DNA of 64,000 nt, from NCBI GenBank assembly GCA_964016885.1, contig OZ024743.1, positions 136,772,001-136,836,000 of the forward strand. Reading direction: 5' to 3'. Positions within the stretch are counted from its first letter, which is position 1. The number at the start of each line of letters is the position of its first letter. The notes beneath the pieces were generated by a model that saw only the letters and a program-made list of their open reading frames with translations, did no database searches and was not told the DNA's origin. Shown one piece after another: positions 22,601-35,734 of this stretch. The translations under genes and the position numbers were made by a program. Source of the DNA: Eledone cirrhosa (Eukaryota).

Positions 22601-25600
22601 TGCTGCGTGCTTGGTGCTTGGTGCTTGGTGCTTGTTGTTTGGTGTTTGATGATTGGTGTTTGGTGTTTGGTGTTTGGTGCTTGGTGCTTGGTGTTTGGTG
22701 TTTGATGCTTGCTGCTTGATGCTTGGTGCTTGGTGCTTGGTGTTTGTTGCTTGGTGCTTGGTGTTTGGTGTTTGGTGCTTGGTGTTTGGTGCTTGGTACT
22801 TGGTGCTTGGTGCTTGGTGTTAGGTGTTTGGTGCTTGGTATTTGGTGTTTGGTGCTTGGTGTCTGGTGCTTGGTGTTTGGTGCTTGGTGTTTGGTGTTTG
22901 GTGTTTGGTGCTTGGTGCTTGGTGTTTGGTGTTTGGTGTTTGGTGTTTGGTGTTTGCTGTTTGGTGTCTGCTTTTTGGTGTTTGGTGTTTGCTGTATGGT
23001 GTTTGCTGTTTCGTGTTTGGTGTTTGCTGTTTGGTGTTTGGTGTTTGCTGTTTGGTGTTTGGTCTTTGGTGCTTGGTGTTTGGTGCTTGGTGTTTGGTGT
23101 TTGGTGCTTGGTGCTTGGTGTTTGGTATTTGGTGCTTGGTGCTTGGTGCTTGGTGTTTGGTGTTTGGTGCTTGGTGCTTGGTGCTTGGTGTTTGGTGCTT
23201 GGTGCTTGGTGTTTGGTGCTGGGTGCTTGGTGTTTGGTGCTTGGTGCTTGGTGTTTGGTGCTGGGTGCTTGGTGTTTGGTGTTTGGTGTTATATGCTTGG
23301 TGTTTGATGCTTGGTGCTTGGTGCTTGTTGTTTGGTGTTTGGTGCTTGGTGTTTGATGCTCGGTGTTTGATGCTTGGTGCTTGGTGCTTGGTGTTTGGTG
23401 CTTGGTGCTTGGTGTTTGTACTTGGTGCTTGGTGCTTGGTTCTTTGTGTTTGGTGCTTGGTGCTTGGTGCTTGGTGCTTTGTGTTTGGTGCTTGGTGTTT
23501 GGTGCTTGGTGTTTGGTGCTTGGTGCCTGGTGCTTGGTGCTTGGTGCTTGGTGTTTGGTGCTTCGTGTTTGGTGCTTGGTGTTAGGTGTTTGGTGCTTGG
23601 TGCTTGGTGTTTGGTGTTTGGTGCTTGGTGTTTGGTGCTTGGTGCTTGGTGTTTGGTGTTTGGTGCTTGGTGTTTGGTGCTTGGTACTTGGTGCTTGGTG
23701 CTTGGTGTTAGGTGTTTGGTGCTTGGTGTTTGGTTTTTGGTGCTTGGTGCTTGGTGTTTGGTGTTTGGTGCTTGCTGCTGGCTGCTTGGTGCTTGGTGAT
23801 TGGGGCTTGGTGTTTGGTGCTTGGTGTTTGGTGTTTGGTGCTAGGTGCTTGGTGCTTGGTGTTTGGTGCTTGGTGTTTGGTGTTTGGTGTTTGGTGCTTG
23901 GTGCTTGGTGTTTGGTGCTTGGTGCTGGGTGGTTGGTGTTTGGTGCTTGGTGTTTGGTGCTGGGTGCTTGGTGTTTGGTGCTTGGTGCTTGGTCTTTGGT
24001 GCTTGGTGTTTGGTGTTTGGTGCTTGCTGCTTGGTGTTTGTTTCTTGGTGCTTGGTGTTTGGTGCTTGGTGCTTAGTGTTTGGTGCTAGGTGCTTGGGGT
24101 TTGGTGTTTGGTGCTTGGTGTTTGGTGCTTGGTGCTTGGTGTTTGGTGTTTGGTGTTTGGTGCTTGGTGCTTGGTATTTGGTGTTTGCTGTTTACTGTTT
24201 GGTGTTTGGTGTTTGGTGTTTGTTGTTTGGTGTTTGTTGTTTGGTGTTTGTTGTTTGGTGTTTGCTATTTGGTGTTTGGTGTTTGTTGTTTGGTGTTTGC
24301 AGTTTGGTGTCTGCTTTTTGGTGTTTGGTGTTTGCTGTATGTTGTTTGCTGTTTGGTGTTTGGTGTTTGGTATTTGGTGTTTGGTGCTTGGTGTTTGCTG
24401 CTTAGTGCTTGGTGTTTGGTGTTTGGTGCTTGGTGTTTGGTGCTTGGTGCTTGGTGCTTGGTGTTAAGTGTTTGGTGCTTGGTGTTTGATGTTTGGTGCT
24501 TCATGCTTGGTGCTTGGTGTTTGGTGCTTGGTGCCTGGTGCATGGTGTTTGGTGCTTGATGCTTGGTGTTTGGTGTTTGGTGCTTGGTGTTTGGTGCTTG
24601 GTGCTTGGTGCTTGGTGTTAGGTGTTAGGTGTTTGATGCTTGGTGCTTGGTGTTTGGTGTTTGGTGTTTGGTGTTTGCTGTTTGGTGTTTGGTCTTTGGT
24701 GCTTGGTCTTTGGTGCATGGTGTTTGGTGCTTGGTGCTTGGTGTTTGGTGCTTGGTGCCTGGTGCTTGTTGTTTGGTGATTGGTGCTTGGTGTTTCCTGT
24801 TTGGTGTTTGGTGTTTGGTGTTTGCTGTTTTGTGTTTGGTGCTTGGTGCTTGGTGCTTGGTGTTTGGTGCTTGGTGCTTGGTGTTTGGTGCTTGGTGCTT
24901 GATGCTTGGTGTTTGTACTTGGTGCTTGGTGCATGGTGTTTTGTGCTTGATTCTTGGTGTTTGGTGCTTGGTGTTTGGTGATTAGTGCTTGGTGTTTGGT
25001 GTTTGGTGCTTGGTGCTTGGTGCTTGGTATTTGGTGTTTGGTGCTTGGTGCCTGGTGCATGGTGTTTGGTGCTTGATGCTTGGTGTTTGGTGTTTGGTGC
25101 TTGGTGTTTGGTGCTTGGTGCTTGGTGCTTGGTGTTAGGTGTTAGGTGTTTGGTGATTGGTGCTTGGTGTTTGGTGCTTGGTGCTTGATGTTTGGTGCTT
25201 GGTGCTTGGTGTTTGGTGCTTGGTGTTTGGTGCTTGGTACTTGGGGCTTGGTGTTTGGTGCTTGGTGCTTGGTGCTTGGTGTTTGGTGCTTGGTGCTTGG
25301 TGTTTGGTGTTTGGTGCTTGGTGTTTGGTGCTTGGTGCTTGGTGCTGGGTGGTTGGTGTTTGGTGCTTGGTGCTTGGTGTTTGGTGCTTGGCGCTTGGTG
25401 CTTGGTGTTTGGTGCTTGGTGATTAGTGTTTGGTGCTTGGTGCTTGGGGTTTGGTGTTTGGTGCTTGGTGCTTGGTGTTTGGTGCTTGGTGCTCGGTGTT
25501 TGGTGCTTGGTGTTTGGTTTTTGCTGTTTGGTGTTTGGTGTTTGCTGTTTGGTGTCTGCTTTCTGGTGTTTGGTGTTTGCTGTATCGTGTTTGCTGTTTC

Positions 25601-25880
25601 GTGTTTATTGTTTGCTGTTTGGTGTTTGTTGTTTGGTGTTTGGTGTTTCCTGTTTGGTGTTTAGTCTTTGGTGTTTGGTGTTTGGTGCTTGGTGCTTGGT
25701 GTTTGGTGTTTGGTGCTTGGGGCTTGGTGTTTGGTGCTGCGTGCTTGGTGCTTGGTGCTTGGTGCTTGTTGTTTGGTGTTTGATGATTGGTGTTTGGTGT
25801 TTGGTGTTTGGTGCTTGGTGCTTGGTGTTTGGTGTTTGATGCTTGCTGCTTGATGCTTGGTGCTTGGTGCTTGGTGTTTG
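19700..25880 (+). repeat. 3127/3134-bp tandem higher-order duplication (2 copies, junction ~22830)
   Basis: ORF pairs 20247/23374 and 20585/23712 (3127), then 21131/24265, 21330/24464, 22012/25146 and 22709/25843 (3134). The offset shifts by exactly one 7-bp unit near 20955/24085. Confidence 0.94.
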
Positions 25881-28800
25881 GTGCTTGGTGCTTGGTGTTT
25901 GGTGCTTGGTACTTGGTGTTTGGTGCTTGGTGTTTGCTGTTTGCTGTTTGGTGTTTGGTGTTTGCTGTTTGCTGTTTGGTGTCTGCTTTTTGGTGTTTGT
26001 TGTTTGCTCTATGGTGTTTGCTGTTTCATGTTTGGTGTTTGCTGTTTGGTGTTTGGTGTTTGCTGTTTGGTGTTTGGTGCTTGGTGTTTGGTGCTTGGTG
26101 CTTGTTGTTTGGTGATTGGTGCTTGGTGCTTGGTGTTTGCTGTTTGGTGCTTGGGGCTTGGTGTTTGGTGCTGCGTGCTTGGTGCTTGGTGCTTGGTGTT
26201 TGGTGTTTGATGATTGGCGTTTGGTGTTTGGTGTTTGGTGCTTGGTGCTTGGTGTTTGGTGTTTGATGCTTGCTGCTTGATGCTTGGTGCTTGGTGCTTG
26301 GTGTTTGGTGCTTGGTGCTTGGTGTTTGGTGCTTGGTACTTGGTGTTTGGTGCTTGGTGTTTGTTGTTTGGTGCTTGGTGCTTGGTGCTTGGTGTTTGGT
26401 GCTTGGTGCTTGGTGTTTGGTGCTTGGTGCTTAGTGTTTGGTGCTAGGTGCTTGGGGTTTGGTGTTTAGTGCTTGGTGCTTGGTGTTTGGTGCTTGGTGC
26501 TTGGTGCTTGGTCTTTGGTGTTTGGTGTTTAGTGCTTGGTGCTTGGTGCTTGGTGTTTGGTGCTTGGTGCTTGGTGCATTGTGATTAGTGTTTGGTGCTT
26601 GGTGCTTGGGGTTTGGTGTTTGGTGCTTGGTGCTTGGTGTTTGGTGATTGGTACTTGGTGTTTGGTGCTTGGTGTTTGCTGTTTGCTGTTTGGTGTTTTT
26701 GGTGTTTGCTGTTTGCTGTTTGGTGTCTGCTTTTTGGTGTTTGGTCTTTGGTGCTTGGTCTTTGGTGCTTGGTGTTTGGTGCTTGGTGCTTGGTGTTTGG
26801 TGTTTGGTGCTTGGTGACTGGTGCTTGTTGTTTGGTGATTGGTGTTTGGTGTTTGCTGTTTGGTGTTTGGTGTTTGGTGTTTGCTGTTTGGTGTTTGGTG
26901 CTTGGTGCTTGGTGCTTGGTGTTTGGTGCTTGGTGCTTGGTGTTTGGTGCTTGGTGCTTGGTGTTTGGTGCTTGGTGCCTGGTGCTTGTTGTTTGGTGAT
27001 TGGTGCTTGGTGTTTGCTGTTTGGTGTTTGGTGTTTGGTGTTTGCTGTTTGGTGTTTGGTGCTGGGTGCTTGGTGTTTGGTGTTTGATGCTTGGTGTTTG
27101 ATGCTTGGTGCTTGGTGCTTGGTGTTTGGTGTTTGGTGTTTGCTGTTTGGTGTTTGGTGCTTGGTGCTTGGTGCTTGGTGTTTGGTGCTTGGTGCTTGGT
27201 GTTTGGTGCTTGGTGCTTGATGGTTGGTGTTTGTACTTGGTGCTTGCTGCTTGGTGTTTTGTGCTTGATTCTTGGTGTTTGGTGCTTGGTGTTTGCTGCT
27301 TAGTGCTTGGTGTTTGGTGTTTGGTGCTTGGTGTTTGGTGCTTGGTGCTTGGTGCTTGGTGTTAAGTGTTTGGTGCTTGGTGTTTGATGTTTGGTGCTTC
27401 ATGCTTGGTGCTTGGTGTTTGGTGCTTGGTGCCTGGTGCATGGTGTTTGGTGCTTGATGCTTGGTGTTTGGTGTTTGGTGCTTGGTGTTTGGTGCTTGGT
27501 GCTTGGTGCTTGGTGTTAGGTGTTAGGTGTTTGATGCTTGGTGCTTGGTGTTTGGTGTTTGGTGTTTGGTGTTTGCTGTTTGGTGTTTGGTCTTTGGTGC
27601 TTGGTCTTTGGTGCATGGTGTTTGGTGCTTGGTGCTTGGTGTTTGGTGCTTGGTGCCTGGTGCTTGTTGTTTGGTGATTGGTGCTTGGTGTTTCCTGTTT
27701 GGTGTTTGGTGTTTGGTGTTTGCTGTTTTGTGTTTGGTGCTTGGTGCTTGGTGCTTGGTGTTTGGTGCTTGGTGCTTGGTTTTTGGTGCTTGGTGCTTGA
27801 TGCTTGGTGTTTGTACTTGGTGCTTGGTGCATGGTGTTTTGTGCTTGATTCTTGGTGTTTGGTGCTTGGTGTTTGGTGATTAGTGCTTGGTGTTTGGTGT
27901 TTGGTGTTTGGTGTTTGGTGCTTGGTGCTTGGTGCTTGGTGTTTGGTGTTTGGTGCTTCATGCTTGGTGCTTGGTGTTTGGTGCTTGGTGCTTGGTGTTT
28001 GGTGCTTGGTGCCTGGTGCATGGTGTTTGGTGCTTGATGCTTGGTGTTTGGTGTTTGGTGCTTGGTGTTTGGTGCTTGGTGCTTGGTGCTTGGTGTTAGG
28101 TGTTAGGTGTTTGGTGATTGGTGCTTGGTGTTTGGTGCTTGGTGCTTGATGTTTGGTGCTTGGTGCTTGGTGTTTGGTGCTTGGTGTTTGGTGCTTGGTA
28201 CTTGGGGCTTGGTGTTTGGTGCTTGGTGCTTGGTGCTTGGTGTTTGGTGCTTGGTGCTTGGTGTTTGGTGTTTGGTGCTTGGTGTTTGGTGCTTGGTGCT
28301 TGGTGCTGGGTGGTTGGTGTTTGGTGCTTGGTGCTTGGTGTTTGGTGCTTGGCGCTTGGTGCTTGGTGCTTGGTGCTTGGTGCTTGGTGCTTGGTGCTTG
28401 GTGTTTTGTGTTTGGTGTTTGATGCTTGGTGTTTGGTGTTTGGTGCTTGGTGCTTGGTGTTTGGTGTTTGATGCTTGGTGCTTGATGCTTGGTGCTTGGT
28501 GCTTGGTGTTTGGTGCTTGGTGCTTGGTGTTTGTACTTGGTGTTTGGTGCTTGGTGTTTGGAGCTTGGTGCTTGGTGTTTGGTGCTTGGTGCTTGGTGTT
28601 TGGTGTTTGGTGCTTGGTGTTTGGTGCTTGGTGCTTGGTGCTTGGTGTTAGGTGTTTGGTGCTTCATGCCTGGTGCTTGGTGTTTGGTGCTTGGTGCATG
28701 GTGTTTGGTGCTTGGTGCCTGGTGCGTGGTGTTTGTTGCTTGGTGCTTGGTGTTTGGTGTTTGGTGCTTGGTGTTTGGTGCTTGGTGCTTGGTGTTAGGT

Positions 28801-29339
28801 GTTAGGTGTTTGGTGCTTGGTGCTTGGTGCTTGGTGTTTGGTGTTTGGTGTTTGGCGCTTGCTGCTTGCTGCTTGGTGTTTGGTGCTTGGTGATTGGTGC
28901 TTGGTGTTTGGTGCTTGGTGCTTGGTGTTTGGTGCTAGGTGCTTGGTGCTTGGTGCTTGGTGTTTGGTGTTTGGTGCTTGGTACTTGGGGCTTGGTGTTT
29001 GGTGCTTGGTGCTTCGTGTTTGGTGTTTGGTGCTTGGTGCTTGGTGTTTGGTGTTTGGTGCTTGGTGTTTGGTGCTTGGTGCTTGGTGCTTGGTGCTTGG
29101 TGTTTGGTGCTTGGTGCTTGGTGCTTGGTGTTTGGTGATTGGTGTTTGGTGTTTGGTGCTTGGTGCTTGGTGTTTGGTGCTTGGTGCTTGGTGATTAGTG
29201 TTTGGTGCTTGGTGCTTGGGGTTTGGTGTTTGGTGTTTGGTGCTTGGTGCTTGGTGCTTGGTGTTTGGTGCTTGGTGCTTGGTGTTTGGTGCTTGGTGTT
29301 TGGTGCTTGGTGTTTGGTGCTTGGTGCTTGGTGCTTGGT

Positions 29340-32300
29340 GCATGGTGCTTGGTGTTTGGTGCTTGGTGTTTGGTGCTTGGTGTTAGGAGTTTGGTGCTTG
29401 GTGCTTGGTGTTTGGTGTTTGGTGCTTGGTATTTGGTGCTTGGTGCTTGGTGTTTGGTGTTTGGTGCTTGGTGTTTGGTGCATGCTACGTGGTGCGTGGT
29501 GCTTGGTGCTTGGTGTTAGGTGTTTGGTGCTTGGTGCGTGGTGTTTGGTTTTTGGTGCTTGGTGCTTGGTGTTTGGTGTTTGGTGCTTGCTGCTGGCTGC
29601 TTGGTGTTTGGTGCTTGGTGATTGGTGCTTGGTGTTTGGTGCTTGGTGTTTGGTGTTTGGTGCTAGGTGCTTGGTGCTTGGTGTTTGGTGATGATTGGTG
29701 CTTGGTGTTTGGTGTTTGGTGCTTGGTGCTTGGTGTTTGGTGCTTGGTGCTGGGTGGTTGGTGTTTGGTGCTTGGTGTTTGGTGCTGGGTGCTTGGTGTT
29801 TGGTGCTTGGTGCTTGGTCTTTGGTGCTTGGTGTTTGGTGTTTGGTGCTTGGTGCTTGGTGCTTGGTGTTTGGTGCTTGGTGCTTGTTGTTTGGTGCTTG
29901 GTGCTTAGTGTTTGGTGCTAGGTGCTTGGGGTTTGGTGTTTAGTGCTTGGTGCTTGGTGCTTGGTGTTTGGTGCTTGGTGCTTGGTGCTTGGTCTTTGGT
30001 GTTTGGTGTTTAGTGCTTGGTGCTTGGTGCTTGGTGCTTGGTGCTTGGTGCTTGGTGCATTGTGATTAGTGTTTGGTGCTTGGTGCTTGGGGTTTGGTGT
30101 TTGGTGCTTGGTGCTTGGTGTTTGGTGATTGGTACTTGGTGTTTGGTGCTTGGTGTTTGCTGTTTGCTGTTTGGTGTTTTTGGTGTTTGCTGTTTGCTGT
30201 TTGGTGTCTGCTTTTTGGTGTTTGGTGTTTGCTCTATGGTGTTTGCTGTTTCATGTTTGGTGTTTGCTGTTTGGTGTTTGGTGTTTGCTGTTTGGTGTTT
30301 GGTCTTTGGTGCTTGGTCTTTGATGCTTGGTGTTTGGTGCTTGGTGCTTGGTGTTTGGTGTTTGGTGCTTGGTGACTGGTGCTTGTTGTTTGGTGATTGG
30401 TGCTTGGTGTTTGCTGTTTGGTGTTTGGTGTTTGGTGTTTGCTGTTTGGTGTTTGGTGCTTGGTGCTTGGTGCTTGGTGTTTGGTGCTTGCTGCTTGGTG
30501 TTTGGTGCTTGGTGCTTGGTGTTTGGTGCTTGGTGCCTGGTGCTTGTTGTTTGGTGATTGGTGCTTGGTGTTTGCTGTTTGGTGTTTGGTGTTTGGTGTT
30601 TGCTGTTTGGTGTTTGGTGCTGGGTGCTTGGTGTTTGGTGTTTGATGCTTGGTGTTTGATGCTTGGTGCTTGGTGCTTGGTGTTTGGTTTTTGGTGTTTG
30701 CTGTTTGGTGTTTGGTGCTTGGTGCTTGGTGCTTGGTGTTTGGTGCTTGGTGCTTGGTGTTTGGTGCTTGGTGCTTGATGGTTGGTGTTTGTACTTGGTG
30801 TTTGGTGCTTGGTGTTTGGTGCTTGGTGCTTGGTGTTTGGTGCTTGGTGCTTGGTGTTTGGTGTTTGGTGCTTGGTGTTTGGTGCTTGGTGCTTGGTGCT
30901 TGGTGTTAGGTGTTTGGTGCTTCATGCCTGGTGCTTGGTGTTTGGTGCTTGGTGCTTGGTGTTTGGTGTTTGGTGCTTCATGCTTGGTGCTTGGTGTTTG
31001 GTGCTTGGTGCTTGGTGTTTGGTGCTTGGTGCCTGGTGCATGGTGTTTGGTGCTTGATGCTTGGTGTTTGGTGTTTGGTGCTTGGTGTTTGGTGCTTGGT
31101 GCTTGGTGCTTGGTGTTAGGTGTTAGGTGTTTGATGCTTGGAGTTTGCTGTTTGGTGTTTGGTGTTTGCTGTTTGGTGTTTGGTCTTTGGTGCTTGGTCT
31201 TTGGTGCTTGGTGTTTGGTGCTTGGTGCTTGGTGTTTGGTGCTTGGTGCCTGGTGCTTGTTGTTTGGTGATTGGTGCTTGGTGTTTCCTGTTTGGTGTTT
31301 GGTGTTTGGTGTTTGCTGTTTGGTGTTTGGTGCTTGGTGCTTGGTGCTTGGTGTTTGGTGCTTGGTGCTTGGTGTTTGGTGCATGGTGCTTGATGCTTGG
31401 TGTTTGTACTTGGTGCTTGGTGCATGGTGTTTTGTGCTTGATTCTTGGTGTTTGGTGCTTGGTGTTTGGTGCTTAGTGCTTGGTGTTTGGTGTTTGGTGC
31501 TTGGTGTTTGGTGCTTGGTGCTTGGTGCTTGGTGTTTGGTGTTTGGTGCTTCATGCTTGGTGCTTGGTGTTTGGTGCTTGGTGCTTGGTGTTTGGTGCTT
31601 GGTGCCTGGTGCATGGTGTTTGGTGCTTGATGCTTGGTGTTTGGTGTTTGGTGCTTGGTGTTTGGTGCTTGGTGCTTGGTGCTTGGTGTTAGGTGTTAGG
31701 TGTTTGGTGATTGGTGCTTGGTGTTTGGCGCTTGGTGCTTGATGTTTGGTGCTTGGTGCTTGGTGTTTGGTGCTTGGTGTTTGGTGCTTGGTACTTGGGG
31801 CTTGGTGTTTGGTGCTTGGTGCTTGGTGCTTGGTGTTTGGTGCTTGGTGCTTGGTGTTTGGTGTTTGGTGCTTGGTGTTTGGTGCTTGGTGCTTGGTGCT
31901 GGGTGGTTGGTGTTTGGTGCTTGGTGCTTGGTGTTTGGTGCTTGGTGCTTGGTGCTTGGTGTTTGGTGCTTGGCGCTTGGTGCTTGGTCTTTGGTGCTTG
32001 GTGTTTGGTGTTTGGTGCTTGGTGCTTGGTGTTTGGTGCTTGGTGATTAGTGTTTGGTGCTTTGTGCTTGGGGTTTGGTGTTTGGTGCTTGGTGCTTGGT
32101 GTTTGGTGCTTGGTGTTTGGTTTTTACTGTTTGGTGTTTGGTGTTTGCTGTTTGCTGTTTGCTGTTTGGTGTCTGCTTTTTGGTGTTTGGTGTTTGCTGT
32201 ATCGTGTTTGCTGTTTCGTGTTTATTGTTTGCTGTTTGGTGTTTGGTGTTTGGTATTTGGTGTTTCCTGTTTGGTGTTTAGTCTTTGGTGATTGGTGCTT

Positions 32301-35300
32301 GGTGCTTGGTGTTTGGTGTTTGGTGTTTGGTGCTTGGTGCTTGGTGTTTGGTGCTTGGTACTTGTTGTTTGGTGATTGGTGCTTGGTGCTTGGTGTTTAC
32401 TGTTTGGTGCTTGGGGCTTGGTGTTTGGTGCTGCGTGCTTGGTGCTTGGTGCTTGGTGCTTGGTGCTTGGTGTTTGGTGTTTGATGATTGGTGTTTGGTG
32501 TTTGGTGTTTGGTGCTTGGTGCTTGGTGTTTGGTGTTTGATGCTTGCTGCTTGATGCTTGGTGCTTGGTGCTTGGTGTTTGGTGCTTGGTGCTTGGTGTT
32601 TGGTGCTTGGTACTTGGTGTTTGGTGCTTGGAGTTTGCTGTTTGCTGTTTGGTGTTTGGTGTTTGTTGTTTGCTGTTTGGTGTCTGCTTTTTGGTGTTTG
32701 TTGTTTGCTCTATGGTGTTTGCTGTTTCATGTTTGGTGTTTGCTGTTTGGTGTTTGGTGTTTGCTGTTTGGTGTTTGGTGCTTGGTGTTTGGTGCTTGGT
32801 GCTTGGTGTTTGGTGCTAGGTGCTTCATGCTTGGTGCTTGGTGTTTGGTGTTTGGTTCTTGGTACTTGGGGCTTGGTGTTTGGTGCTTGGTGCTTCGTGC
32901 TTGGTGTTTGGTGCTTGGTGCTTGGTGTTTGGTGTTTGGTGCTTGGTGCCTGGTGCTTGTTGTTTGGTGATTGGTGCTTGGTGTTTGCTGTTTGGTGCTG
33001 CGTGCTTGGTGCTTGGTGCTTGGTGCTTGGTGCTTGGTGTTTTGTGTTTGGTGTTTGATGCTTGGTGTTTGGTGTTTGGTGCTTGGTTCTTGGTGTTTGG
33101 TGTTTGATGCTTGGTGCTTGATGCTTGGTGCTTGGTGCTTGGTGTTTGGTGCTTGGTGCTTGGTGTTTGTACTTGGTGTTTGGTGCTTGGTGTTTGGTGC
33201 TTGGTGCTTGGTGCTTGGTGTTTGGTGCTTGGTGCTTGGTGCTTGGTGTTTGGTGTTTGGTGCTTGGTGTTTGGTGCTTGGTGCTTGGTGCTTGGTGTTA
33301 GGTGTTTGGTGCTTCATGTCTGGTGCTTGGTGTTTGGTGCTTGGTGCTTGGTGTTTGGTGCTTGGTGCCTGGTGCATGGTGTTTGTTGCTTGGTGCTTGG
33401 TGTTCGGTGTTTGGTGCTTGGTGTTTGGTGCTTGGTGCTTGGTGTTTGGTGTTTAGTGTTTGGTGCTTGCTGCTTGCTGCTTGGTGTTTGGTGCTTGGTG
33501 ATTGGTGCTTGGTGTTTGGTGCTTGGTGCTTGGTGTTTGGTGCTAGGTGCTTGGTGCTTGGTGCTTGGTGTTTGGTGTTTGGTGCTTGGTACTTGGGGCT
33601 TTGTATTTGGTGCTTGGTGCTTCGTGTTTGGTGTTTGGTTCTTGGTGCTTGGTGTTTGGTGCTTGGTGTTTGGTGCTTGGTGCTTGGTGCTGTGTGGTTG
33701 GCGTTTGGTGCTTGGTGCTTGGTGTTTGGTGCTTGGTGCTTGGTGCTTGGTGTTTGGTGCTTGGTGTTTGGTGTTTGGTGCTTGGTGCTTGGTGTTTGGT
33801 GCTTGGTGCTTGGTGATTAGTGTTTGGTGCTTGGTGCTTGGGGTTTGGTGTTTGGTGCTTGGTGCTTGGTGTTTGGTGCTTGGTGCTTGGTGTTTGGTGC
33901 TTGGTGTTTGGTGTTTGCTGTTTGGTGTTTGGTGTTTGGTGTTTGCTGTTTGCTGTTTGGTGTCTGCTTGTTGGTGTTTGGTGTTTGCTGTATGGTGTTT
34001 GCTGTTTCGTGTTTATTGTTTGCTGTTTGGTGTTTGGTGTTTGGTGTTTGGTGTTTCCTGTTTGGTCTTTAGTCTTTGGTGCTTGGTGTTCGGTGCTTGG
34101 TGCTTGGTATTTGGTGTTTGGTGTTCGGTGCTTGGTGCTTGGTGTTTGGTGCTTGGTGCTTGGTGTTTGGTGTTTGCTGTTTGCTGTTTGGTGTTTGTTG
34201 TTTGGTGTTTGTTGTTTGGTGTTTTCTGTTTGGTGTTTGGTGTTTGCTGTTTCGTGTCTGCTTTTTGGTGTTTGGTGTTTGCTGTATGTTGTTTGCTGTT
34301 TGCTGTTTGGTGTTTGGTGTTTGGTGTTTGGTGCTTGGTGCTTGGTGTTTGGTGCTTGGTGCTTGGTGTTTGGTTCCTGGTGCTTGGTGCTTGGTGCTTG
34401 GTGTTTGGGGTTTGGTGCTTGGTGCTTGGTGCTTGGTGTTTTGTGTTTGGTGTTTGGTTTTTGGTGCTTGGTCCTTGGTGTTTGGTGCTGGGTGCTTTGT
34501 GTTTGGTGCTTGGTGCTTGGTGTTTGGTGTTTGCTGCTTGGTGTTTGATGCTTGGTGCGTGGTGCTTGGTGTTTTGTGTTTGGTGCTTGGTGCTTGGTGT
34601 TTGGTGCTTGGTGCTTGGTGTTTGGTGCCTGGTGCTTGGTGCTTGGTGCTTGGTGCTTGGTCCTTGGTGTTTGGTGCTGGGTGCTTGGTGTTTGATGATT
34701 GGTGCTTGGTGTTTGGTGCTTGGTGCTTGGTGTTTGGTGCTTGGTGCTGGTTGGTTGGTGTTTGGTGCTTGGTGTTTGGTGCTGGGTGCTTGGTGTTTGG
34801 TGCTTGGTGCTTGGTCTTTGGTGCTTGGTGTTTGGTGTTTGGTGCTTGGTGCTTGGTGTTTGGTGCTTGGTGCTTGGTGTTTAGTGCTTGGTGCTTAGTG
34901 TTTGGTGCTAGGTGCTTGGGGTTTGGTGTTTGGTGCTTGGTGTTTGGTGCTTGGTGCTTGGTGTTTGGTGCTTGGTGTTTGGTGTTTGCTGTTTGCTGTT
35001 TGGTGTTTGTTGTTTGGTGTTTGTTGTTTGGTGTTTGCTGTTTGGTGTTTCGTGTTTGCTGTTTCGTGTCTGCTTTTTGGTGTTTGGTGTTTGCTGTATG
35101 TTGTTTGCTGTTTGGTGTTTGGTGTTTGGTGTTTGGTGCTTGGTGCTTGGTGTTTGGTGCTTGGTGCTTGGTGTTTGGTGCCTGGTGCTTGGTGCTTGGT
35201 GTTTGGTGTTTGGTGTTTGGTGCTTGGTGCTTGGTGCTTGGTGTTTGGTGCTTGGTGCTTGTTGTTTGGTGCCTGGTGCTTGGTGCTTGGTATTTGGTGT

Positions 35301-35715
35301 TTGGTGTTTGGTGCTTGGTGCTTGGTGCTTGGTGTTTGGTGTTTGGTGCTTGGTACTTGGGGCTTCGTGTTTGGTGCTTGGTGCTTCGTGTTTGGTGTTT
35401 GGTGGTGCTTGGTGCTTGGTGTTTGGTGTTTGGTGCTTGGTGTTTGGTGCTTGGTGCTTGGTGCTTGGTGCTTGGTGCTTGGTGTTTGGTGCTTGGTGCT
35501 TGGTGCTTGGTGTTTGGTGATTGGTGTATGGTGTTTGGTGCTTGGTGCTTGGTGTTTGGTGCTTGCTGCTTGGTGATTAGTGTTTGGTGCTTGGTGCTTG
35601 GGGTTTGGTGTTTGGTGCTTGGTGCTTGGTGCTTGGTGCTTGGTGCTTGGTGCTTGGTGTTTGGTGCTTGGTGCTTGGTGTTTGGTGCTTGGTGTTTGGT
35701 GCTTGGAGTTTGGTG
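29340..35715 (+). repeat. Copy 1 of a >=6.3 kb segment repeated ~28.3 kb downstream
   Basis: ORF pairs 29405/57688, 30017/58300, 30251/58534, 32727/61010 and 33824/62107 all share offset 28283. Pair 34902/63199 has offset 28297. Confidence 0.94.
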
Positions 35716-35734
35716 CTTGGTGCTTGGTGCTTGG

